This document shows, piece by piece, positions 12,984 to 24,300 of a DNA stretch of 64,000 bases. Each line of letters begins with the position of its first letter. Within the stretch, counting starts at the first letter, position 1. Made by a program: the position numbers and the translations under genes. Below the pieces are notes generated by a model. The model ran no database searches and was not told the origin of the DNA. It worked only from the letters and a program-made list of their open reading frames with translations. Source of the DNA: Mobula birostris (Eukaryota); the NCBI RefSeq assembly GCF_030028105.1, contig NC_092383.1, positions 87,563,921 to 87,627,920 of the forward strand, given 5' to 3'.

Positions 12984-13976
12984 GTGAAGTACTAAATGCT
13001 GCCACATGGCTTCCTCGAATGCTTTCAAACATACTTACCACTGAATGAAAAAAAAACATTCTTTCGGTATAATGCATATTTGATAATTAATGTACTTTGA
13101 AACTTGAAACTTTGAAACTCTGAACTGAGAGGCATTGAAGAATTATGCCCCTTTAATTGGGACTGCGGAGTGGACATAGGAGCCAAAACTAGTGGAGAGT
13201 ATTGTCACTGAGATTCCTATAATTGATTCATGAGAAAGATCTTTATCCAACGTGTGAGATTCCATCTCAGGCACTGGTTACTGCATTGAACATTAATCCT
13301 AGAGTGTAATGCAATTTTTTCAATGTAACTAATTAGAAATTTAATCAATTAAAGTGCACTTTTGTTTCGCTGATGTTGTCGATGAATACCTCAGTTGTTT
13401 AGTTTTGTGGACATGATAACTGATTTGTAGAGAGCAGCCAGCATGCGGACACCTGGCCGTCCCTGCTGCAATCCACTGTTGGTAAATTTTGAAGGAAGGA
13501 ACATTTAACCTTCCAAGACAATCGGCTTCCATCAGAAAAGTTGAGATGAAACGTCATCATCCGAAATCTTTACCTCTTAAGTCTTACCTTTGAATTGAAA
13601 TAATTTTAGGTTATGCTCAGGGTGATGACACACATCCAATCACCACATGAGTCTGCTGCGGACAACAGACAATAAAAAAACGATTGGTGTAGTACAAATT
13701 GAAAGAGTTTAATCTTCTTTATAGCAGACAGTAATGATCATCGTGGGAACTGGCAAGGAGAAGGGGAACCTTTTAAAACTCTGAACAGGCTCTGCATTAA
13801 CTGCTTCTCCTGTTGCAAATTGACATTCTCATTGCCTCAGGCAGCCGTAGGCGCAAAGAGAGGGGAATGCCCCCTCAATCCTGGCACTATCTGTTTTATC
13901 ATCACCTCACAATTTATTTCAATCCTTTCCCTTTAGTTACTATACAGTTTTTTTTAATCTTTCCACCATACTCACC

Positions 13977-14613
13977 TCTCTCTCTCTTCACGTGCCTTGC
14001 ACATTACACGCTTGGGCGATCATGGCTCTCCACATCGAACGATGCCTGGCAGCGTCAATGATATCTCGCACACTTAGATCTGTTAGTTCTTTCACAGTGT
14101 CCATATATTTTCTTCTTTGCCTTCCTCTACTGTGTTTCCCAGGCATACGGCCTTGTAATGTAAGGCATCCTATTTCTCCCTTTCTGATGACATGGCCCAG
14201 GAATTTAAGTTTCCTCTCATTTGATGTTCTCATTAAAGATCTTTTTATATGGGCACGTTGGAGTACTGTCTCATTAGTTACCCTATCTCTATATGATATT
14301 TTCAACATTCTTCCAAGAAACCACATTTCTGTTGCTTCTAAGTTTCTTTGGAGCTCTGGTGTTATAGTCCATGTTTCAGAAGCATACAGCAAGATTGACC
14401 AGATGTAACATTTTAGTAGCCTAAGCCTTGTTGTCATAGAAATGTGTCTGTTGGTAAAAATGGGTTTCATTTTTTGGAAGTTGGTTTTGGCAATGGCAAT
14501 TCTTCTTTTTATTTCTACTTTACTGCTAGCATCTTGTGATATAAAGCTACCAAGGTAATTAAAGCTGGTCTTTTGTTCGATCTCTCGGTTAACAATGTAC
14601 AATTGGCAGTTGG
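13977..14613 (-). mobile_element. 5'-truncated RTE-clade LINE with a 10-bp target-site duplication
   Basis: ORF 13988-14686(-) FNYLGSFIS...LLYASETW...KLKFLGHVIRK...GRQRRKYMD; (GA)n tail; flanks catactcacc 13967-13976 and catgctcacc 14614-14623; absent at the paralogous site near 18060. Confidence 0.88.
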
Positions 14614-14839
14614 CATGCTCACCATTCAATGAAAATAAATTTATTCCATAAATGCACTGAGAAAATTTTAATTTCTTAGTAAACATCTGTTACTTCACTG
14701 TGCTTTCACAACTGGGCTTCCGACTGCCTTCTTCCTCATTTAGTTACACCATAACATTTCTATTCAAAAGTTATTTTACACTAAGAACTAAACCTTGAGG
14801 AACGGTCAAGTTGCTGGTCTGACCTGTGCAACCAACACA

Positions 14840-14876
14840 ATGTTGGTTCCGATTCTTCTCATCTGTTCCCTGACTG
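14840..14876 (+). CDS. Orphan leader exon [12 protein letters not shown]+G
   Basis: ATG at 14840, donor gtgagt at 14877, phase 1; near-identical to the leader at 18286; no V exon of its own before the next leader. Confidence 0.75.
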
Positions 14877-15389
14877 GTGAGTGACCATCAGAGATAGACA
14901 TGCTGATAAAGAGTGTTAGTTTGGATCTCATGCTCTATATCCACAGCAAAGGTGGTTAAAAATGTGTAAATTGTAAAGGTGGAAAATACTCAGCAAAAAT
15001 GATTGATAAGTACTGGGGAATGGACTTGCAATTTCCTTCTTTCCATGGGAGCGTAGCACACAAATCCACACCAGTAAAAAGGCACTCAATTATGAATGCA
15101 ACTGAAGGGATACTTAATGCCATGCAATATCTTAATAACATCACAATGCAATGTACGTGTTCTGTGTGTAAAAGAAAAATATTTGCATTTGCTTCTCATT
15201 CTTGCCTCTAGCCAGTCACATAGGCATATTTTACCCACCCATATTAAACCTGCCAAAAATCCTTTGAATTTTTAAATTCATCCTCTGGTGAGATTCAGGG
15301 GCCAGGGTGGAACTTATCGCTCTGAGCCGTGTGTGTTCTGCCTGGTCCATATCAGACAGCGGTTCAGAAACAAACTTAGTGGCGGGGCT

Positions 15390-15616
15390 TGTTGTGTATT
15401 CGAGTAATATTTTAAATATATAATTTGATTAAGAATTCTTGTTTGTTTAAATAATCTATTATGTATTATATGTAAAAATAAATGAATTTCAGATATCATG
15501 ATGCTATCACGTGATATGTGCACACCTTACTTAAAGTAGAAAACAAACTAGCACCTCTTGAACTTCTGTCTTTTTCCTCAAATTAAATTTATGATTTGGA
15601 GTTACAAAGCATAACA
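15390..15616. mobile_element. Solo LTR-like element with 5-bp TSD (GGGCT)
   Basis: Begins tgttgtgt and ends cataaca (TG...CA, imperfect inverted termini); gggct on both sides. Confidence 0.7.
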
Positions 15617-18285
15617 GGGCTGGAATATTTAAAAGGCTCTGGCATTGAGGAATTTAATGAAATACGACTATTTTATATTCCTTGTATTTATTTATTAATT
15701 TATTTAGGGTAGAGCACAGAACGGGCCTTTCCAATCAAACAAACCGTGCCGCCCAGCAACCCCTAATTTAACCCTAGCCTGATACAGGACAATTTACAAT
15801 GACTAATTAACCTAATTATTTGTCGATTCTTTTGGCCTGTGGGAGGAAACTGGTGCACCTGGAGAAAACACATACAATCACAGGGCATACATACAGACCC
15901 CTACAGACAGCACTGGAATTGTACTCCAAACTCCAACACCCCAGACTGTAATACAGTTGTACTAATCGCTACAATACTGCAGTGCTCCAAGACTCTTGAT
16001 ATAATTACTTGAATCTAAAATCCCATTCTCATTCCCAGGAGTATTTCAGATGGATTTATTCTTTACAGGAATGGGAAATCTGTTGGTTCTGCATCCTTCT
16101 TCCATTAATGTAGTATCTGCTGTGAAACAACGAACAGTCATCTGCCAAACTCACTCCACTCAAACCATAATCCTAATACAGACCTCCAGGTGGCCCTGGC
16201 AGTATCTCCCTTTGATATCCTTTTCAGTTATCCATCCTCAACTTCCAAAATCCTCCGTGCATCAGCTGACTCCTCCCACTCTCCTTGCCCGTGGCTGCAT
16301 AAACCGTGTTCACCTTCCCTCCGCAAATACTGCTGCCGGAGAGGTTACAAGCCACAGAGCCCATGAGCTGCATTTCCTTTGGTCGTTACCATGGTGATTA
16401 GGTGAACTGGAGAAAGATGTCAACTTCAAGTTTTTCTGTGAGAAGGGATGATTTGTAATTGCATCATATGTGGTGGTATCTTGTAGCTAACTAATTAATT
16501 GATGCTCCACCCACTGCTCCAATATGTGGACCCGTAGGGCACCATTTCTACAGCACGATTAAACAAAGATTAATACAGTGATGGAAAAATAACATGTACC
16601 ATGGGATGTTTGTGTGCATTTGAGCAGCCTATTAGGATCTGGGTTGAATGAAAGGCAGCACTTTCAACACTGCCACACTCCCTCAGTACTGCACTGGAAA
16701 ATCGGCCCAGAATATCTGCTCAGATACCTAGAGGGAAAGTGAACGCAAGAAGTACATGGACATAGAACACAGACGCACCTAACACAATAGCAATAACAAG
16801 CAAGTCCTTAAACATGAAGTATTGGAGCATACTCTGTGGACGTGATAACAAGCTGCATTAATACTTTTGTTCATAACTCCCTTGCTGGAATACTAGACAC
16901 TAGACACTAGAATACTACAGCACAGTACAGGCCCTTCGGCCCTCAATGTTGTGCCAACCCATATATTCCTTTAAAAAAGTACTAAACAATTGTTTGCTTC
17001 ACTGTAGTGGGGATACTCCTCATAGGCGCAATAGGAATTTCATTACAAAGTGGATTTGTTTCTGCAGAGAGCACTTGTGCCTTCTTCACCAGTCAATGAG
17101 AGGCACTACCAGCTGAGCTGCTGTCTCACAGCTCACACCGTCCATTTCAATCCTTGAGTTTCTCCAGGCTCCCTGTGCCAGCTTGGTTTTCCTCCATGTG
17201 CTTCACACCACCACGACCGAAACTATTCAGATTGGGGGGTTAATGGGCCACAGATGATGGAATGACAAGTGTATGATCGAGTCTCTGGTGGTGGGGCCGG
17301 GAGTAGGTAGGTATGTGGAAAGTACTATTCTCCTAATGTATTAATTTTCAGCTTCCATCAGAAAAATACAGATGAAACTTCATCATCCCCCCTCAATCTT
17401 AACACAGTTTTTTTTTACCATCACCTCACAATTTATTTTAACCTTCTCACTTGCTGCTATACAAAGTGTTTCTTTTAATTCTTTTCACCACTCTCACCAT
17501 TCAATGAGGGTCTGATCCAAGATCATCTCTGTGTTACTGCCCATTATGCCACTGGCATTTAGGGCAGCAATGAAGGTCTTCCATGTGGTAGTGCCTTCAT
17601 CAGTTCAGTAACTTAGTTTTCACTGCTGTCAGTCGTGCAAGTCCCAGGTGCAGATTCAGGGATACTGTCACACATGGATATAGAAGCCTTCTTTATTGCT
17701 GTTTCTGTAACAGTTTCGATTTACCATTCAGGTTTGTTAGCCCTGAGCTGTACCCTTGAACATGAAGGACCTGTGGACCACACTTAGTCTGGCCTCTACC
17801 CTTTGACCTGTTTGTCATGTGTGACCCTACCAAGAGCCAAAGCATAACTCACTGACTTCAGCCATCATAGCTCTCCGGGTCACTGAGGCATGCCAGCCTC
17901 CAAACCCTGTGGCAAAGTTGTGTCCTCTTGGAGGAGTGATTGCATAGAGAGGGGAAATTACCCTCAAGCTGTAAACTGTATATTTTTTATCATCACCTCA
18001 CAATTTATTTTAATCCTCTCAGTTAAGTTGCTGTACAATTTTCTTAATCTCTCCATCATGCTCACCATTCATTGAAAATATATTCCATTATTGTACAGAG
18101 AAAATTTCAATTTCTTAGTAAACATATTTCCTCAGTTGCTTCACTGTGCTTTCACAATTGGGCTTCCGACTGCCTTCTTCCTCATTTATTTTCACCATAA
18201 CATTTCTATTGAAAAGTTATTTTACACTAAGGACCAGAAGTTGAGTGCCAGACAAACTGCTGGTTTGATCTGTGCGAACAACACA

Positions 18286-18322
18286 ATGTGGGTTCCGATT
18301 CTTCTCATCTGTTCGCTGCCTG
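18286..18322 (+). CDS. Leader exon, copy 1 ([12 protein letters not shown]+G)
   Basis: ATG at 18286, donor gtgagt at 18323; the signal peptide is completed by VSGALWA or VSSALWA at the start of the V exons. Confidence 0.88.
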
Positions 18323-21300
18323 GTGAGTGACCGCCCGAGCTAGACATGCTGATAATCAGTATTAGCTTCTGTCTCGTGCACCATTTGCACGGCAGAGGTG
18401 GTTGAATATGTGTAGATTGTAAAGGCAGAAAATACTCAGCAGACGTTATTGATAAATGCTGGGGAATGGTCTTGCGATTTCTTTTCTTTCTACACACAAA
18501 GCCGCAGCAGTAAATCTGGCACTCAGCTGAGAATGAATCTGAAGGGCATTTAATATCATGCATTATTTAATAATGTCACAATGCAATGTTAGTATTCTGT
18601 ATGTACAACAAAAATATTTTTAAAACAGTCCAATATTCTTGGAGCGTGATCATAACAACAATTTCACACACTCTAAATTTCAACTCTCTTTATTTAAAGT
18701 GCAGCTGATGAAATGTTTTTTGAGACTTTGTCAATGATATTACTACCCCCTGGGCAGAGGACAGCCAACATTTTATTTACATTTTCTTCACATTCTTACC
18801 TCTATTGACTCACATATGTATACTTCACAGACACCCTTATTAAACCAGCCATCTCGTTGAAAATGAATACTTTGAAATTTTCAGTTCATTCACCAGCGAG
18901 GTTTAGGGGTCAATGTGGAATTTATTGCCCTGAGCCATGTGTGTCTGCCTGGGCCATTTCAGAGGGGTGATTCAGAGACAAACTTAGCGGTGGGGCTTGT
19001 TGTGTATTTAATATTTCAGTAGTATGTTAGTAATATTGTAAATATACTGTTTGATTAAGCATTCCTGTTTGTTTAAATAATCTATATGTAAAAATAAGTG
19101 AATTACATATGTCATGGCGTTACCGCATGCTACGTGTGCCTCTCACTTAAAATAAAGAACAAACTAACACTCACGTTTCTTAGGGTTTTGTATTATTCTT
19201 CAAATTAATTTTATGATTTGGAGTTACAAAACATAACAGGGCTGGAGTCACATATGGACCAGACCAAACCAAACAAAAATAGTAGATTTCCCCTTTTAAT
19301 GTATTTAAAAGACTCTGGATTCAGGAATTTAATGAGATATTGCGATATGAACTTGTACATTCCTTATTTTATTTATTTCAAGGTAGAGCACAGAACAGGC
19401 CTTTCCAATCAAACAGACCGTGCCACCCAGCAACCACCAATTTAACCCTAACTTGGTACAGGACAATTTACAATGACTAATTAACCTAATTACTGGTCGA
19501 TTCTTTTGGCTTGTGGGAGGAAACCGGAGCACCTGGAGAAAACACATACAATCACAGGGCAAACATACAGACCCCTACAGACAGCACTGGAATTCTACTC
19601 CAAACTCCAACGCTCCAGACTGTAACACAGTCGTACGAACCGCTACGATACCACAGTGCTCCAAGACTCTTGATATAGTTACTTGAATCTAAAATCCCAT
19701 TCTCATTCCCAGGAGTATTTTGGATCTATTTATTCTTTACAGGAATGGAGAAATTTGTTACTTCTGCATCCTTCTTCCATTAATGTAGTATCTGCTGTGA
19801 AGCAAGGAATAGTAATCTGCCAAACTCACTTCACTCAAACCACAATCCAAATACAGACCTCCAGGTGGCCCTGGCAGTATCTCCCTTTGATGTCCTACTC
19901 AATTATCCATCCTCAACTTTCGAAATTCTTGGCGCATCAGCTGATTCCTCCCACTCTCCTTGCCCATTGTCGGCATAAACCGTGTTCACCTTCCCTCCGC
20001 AAATGCTGCCGCCGGGAAGGTTACAAGCCACAGAGCCCATGAGCTGCATTTCTTTTGGTAGTTATCATGGTGATGAGGTGAACTGCAGAAGAATGTCAAC
20101 TTCAAGTTTTTCTGTGAGAAGGGATGATTTGTAATTGCATCATATGTGGTGATACCTTGTAGCTAACTAATTAATTGAAGCTCCACCTACTGCTCCAATA
20201 TGGGGACGTGTAGGGCACCATTTCCACAGCACGATTAAACAAACATTAATGCAGTCATGGAAAGATAACATGTACATTCTGTTTGTGTGCATTTGAGCAG
20301 CCTGTTAGGATCTGGGTTGAATGAAGGGCAGCACCTTCCACACTGCCACACTCCCTCACTACTGCACTGGAAGATCAGCCCAGAATTTCTGTTCAGCTAC
20401 CTAGAGGGAAAGTGAACGCAAGAAGTACATGGACATAGAACACAGACGCACCTAACACAATAGCAATAACAAGCAAGTCTTTAAACATGAAGTATTGGAG
20501 CATATTCTGTGGACGTGATAACAAGCTGCATTAATATTTTTGTTCCTAACTCCCTTGCTGCAATACTAGACACTAGACACTAGAATACTACAGCACAGTA
20601 CAAGCCCTTCGGTTCTCGATGTTGTGACGACTCATATGTTCCTTAAAGAACAAGTACTAAACAATTGTTTGCTTCACTGTAGTGGGGATACTCCTCATAG
20701 GCGCAATAGGAATTTCATTTTAAAATGGATTTGTTTCTGCAGAGAGCACTTGTGCCTTCTTCACCAGTCAATGAGAGGCACTACCAGCTGAGCTGCTGTC
20801 TCACAGCACACACCGTCCATTTCGGTCCTTGAGTTTCTCCAGGCTTCTGTGATAACTTGGTTTTCCTCCATGTGCTTCACACTCCTACCACGTCCAAAAC
20901 TATTCAGATTGGGGGGTTAATGGGCCACAGATGATGGGATGACAAGTGTATGATCGAGTCTCTGGTGGTGGGGCTGGAAGTCAGTAGGAATGCGGAATGT
21001 ACTATTGGTTAGACAATTCCAACAACTCCCCTTTCCTCTGAGGGAACATATAGATTATAGATTAGCATCGGACCATTCAGGCCCTTTGGCCTACAATGTT
21101 GTGCTGAGCTTTCAACCTACCCCGAGATTGATCTAACACTTCCCTCCCACATAGCCCTCCATTTTCCTTTCATCCATGTGCTTCTCACGTTTCTTGTTTG
21201 ATTTCCCGGTGGCTGCTCCTGCCTCCGATTTCGAGGCACAAGAAATTGTGAATGCTGGAACCCGAGCAAAACACAAACTATGTGAAGAACTCTGTGGGGG

Positions 21301-24300
21301 GAAGGAGCAAGTGAGGAGGCAAAGGGATGTTTTCAGTGAAGAATTTGAATCCGGACAGGGAGGGTCGAGTGCAGAAACATAATGAATGGAAGAGAAACTT
21401 GGGGTGACCCGAGTGAGTGACAAAGGAACACAATGGTTTGAGTTAACCGAAACTGGATTATAACATATCACCTGAGTAATGCATATGGACCCTATGCAAA
21501 ATTAAGGAAACGAGTTCTTGAAGACTATAACCTACAAAACGTTTCCTCTATTCAATAGTTGTCCTTCCTACATTTGTAAAGAGCTCTACGGGCCTGTTCA
21601 GGGAGCCAAAAAGCATTGGGTTCTGATGGTTTTAGAGCACCTGAATTGGGTAATTTGTTATTTCTTTAGAGTTCCTTTTGTTTTAATTGAGCAACTTGCT
21701 CTTTGTAATGCAGTTTCATGGTGCCTCCTCTTTAAGCTTGTTAAGTTTATCTTGATAGGCTCAGGGATTCCATGTTTCTTTTATTATTTAAGTGCACGGC
21801 CAATTAGCAGTAATCACAGGGTCCTAGATTTGAGAACGTTACATCTCACGGTGTTGCTTGGATGAGCCACCAATGCCCTGTTGGAATTCTTATGAATAAA
21901 CTCTGGTTGCCATCTCCACATCAGAGTCTGTCCATTCTCCACTCTCGGGTTCAAACATTGCCAGCTCAGATCATTACCAGATTACAGCATGGAGTGAATT
22001 ATGGATCACCTGAAAGGTCCTGGTACAACACCTCCAAAGAACCTTGCAAAAGATTTTGAGGATTAGAAACAAAAGTACTAACACCAATGTAATGGAGGAG
22101 GACAAAATGAGCCACATTCCCACCATGATAGAGCAATGCCAAATCTGATGGATCTGGCATCTCACTTGAATGCCTAAATCATGACTCCCCCAAATAAATC
22201 CTTTATTCCAGTTGATGGAAGTTCAGCAAGCTACTCTTGGTGGACAAAGAACGTTTCCAATATCAACATCAGACTGAAGAAATTCAACATTACTTCTGAA
22301 AGCTGGGAAGACATTGTACTCAATAGAGATACCAGTAAGAAATCTGTTCAAGAGGGAGATGTGCTACATGAGAGCAACCTCCAGTGTGCTGCAGAGAACA
22401 AGCTGCAGCTGCCAAAGGAGAGAATAGACGGTCAGAGAAACCAACCAGTAACCACAGCAACCACTTTCTTATGTCTACACTGCACTACGATATGTGGATC
22501 CCAGTTCGGCCTTTGCAGCCACCTGAGGACCAGTGGACAACCAATTAGGAGAACGTCATGCTGGAATAGAGTGATCATACCGCTTGCTCCTCAAACAGAA
22601 TATGATACACCTGCTATCATCCCTCTAAGTTTAATATCACCTACATATGTCATGAAATTTGTTGTCTTTGCAGCAGCAGTTCAATGCAATACGTAGTAAA
22701 AGATAAAAAAAAAGGTGAATTATAGTAAATATATATGAAGTTAAATTAAATAAGAAGTGCAAAAATAGAAGCAAAAAGTAGTGTGGTAGTGTTCTTGGGT
22801 TCAATGTCCATTCGGAAATCAGATGGCAGAGCTCAAGGAGCTGATATACCTCCCTCCTGTATGCCCTCTCATCACCATCTGAAGTACTGCCAACAATAGT
22901 CTTCTGATCAGCAAATTTATAGATGGCACTTGTACACTGCCTAGCCACACAGTCCTGGGTGTAGAGACAGTAGATCAGTGGTCTAAGCACATATCCCTGA
23001 GGTGCGTCAGTGTTGATTGGCAGCGAGGTGGAGATGTTATTTCCAATCCGCACAGATTGTGGTCTTCCAGTTCAGAAGTTGAGGATACATTTGCAGAGGG
23101 AGGTACAGAGTCCAACACTCTGGAGCTTTTCAATCAGAACTGTAGAAATGAGTGTGTTAGACACGGAGCTGTAGTCAATGAACAGCATCCTGACTGAGGT
23201 ATTTGTATTGTCCAGGTGATCCAAATATCATCTCTGCAATTACCCTGGCAAGGCTCAGCAGGATTTTGTATATTTCAGTCTGATCATCTGACATTCTTCA
23301 ATGGTCTGGAGTAGATGGTTCCAGTTAGGCACTAAAACATAGCCATCAGTCTCTGAATCATAGTTACACTCTCTCTGTTATGTGATATGCAAACCAGTAT
23401 GCAAGACAAGGCACTACGATAAGGAGAGCCAGCTCCTGCCCATTCAATAAGCTCCTTCTCTACACGCTCCTAATGAATCCAGATGAATGACAGAAACCGA
23501 TACAGCTTGGCACCGGTGGCAGCAGAGTTCTTGATACTCAGCCTTGAAAGCAACTTTGGACTGCTGTAGGGACTCCAGCTCTGGATTTTCCCTTCTCCTA
23601 GATGAGCTGCTAACCATGGCTGATGAGCACCATCTGCCCAGAGCAACCGGCTTAAGATGTCGCTAACCTGCCTCTGTCACTTCTCCTGTCAGTAGAAACA
23701 GTTCGGCTGGGCGTAGTCGCTAAGCCGTACGTGAAGGCCGGGAGCTGTACTGGGTTGTCAGAGTCTATTTGAGACACACACCATTGGGAGCATTTAATCG
23801 GTGATATGACCTTATCCCTGCAGCCCCCCACTCCTGGCTATAATGACCTTAAGGATCCAAAGGTTCACATTACAGGTGTGACCCATACAGGGTCTTCTAC
23901 TGTGTCACAATGATAAACCACATTTGTTTCTGTAATTTCAATATTTCTCCCTCAGTTTCAAGTGCATTGTGGGCGAAAGAATATGTAAGAGGAGTTGTGG
24001 GAAGAGCGATCACAATCAATTGTCACTATGAAGCAATGTACAGCTCACACACAAAGTACTGGTGCCCTAGTAGGAATCAACAATGTTCAGATTTAGTGGA
24101 AACAAATGGGCAACACGGACTGAGTGGACGAGTGTCAATCACAGATAACCCGGAACAGGGAATATTTACTGTTACTATGGAGAATCTTCGCTCTTGAGAT
24201 ACAGGATGGTACGGCTGTGGAATCACAGATAAAAGTCCCGATCCAAGATCTTATGTTTATCTACAAGTAATTGATAGTAGGTTTCTCAGTGACTGATTTT

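Larger units (their letters stand above)
13860..17480 (+). repeat. Older, diverged duplicate of the promoter/leader/intron-1 module (paralogous to about 17945-21000)
   Basis: Collinear shared blocks: promoter motifs, leader exon, solo LTR with the same TSD, V-SINE and downstream intron sequence; many substitutions and indels. Confidence 0.85.

Noticed and set aside
19683-20042. ORF similar to 16050-16397 and repeated in each array copy
   Set aside because: No recognisable domain or splice structure; intronic, probably repeat-derived, and the similarity is explained by segmental duplication.
24195-24197. V1 TGA as selenocysteine or programmed readthrough
   Set aside because: The paralogous codon is CGA (Arg), so a CpG transition explains it; the +4 base is G rather than the readthrough-favouring C, and I recognised no SECIS.
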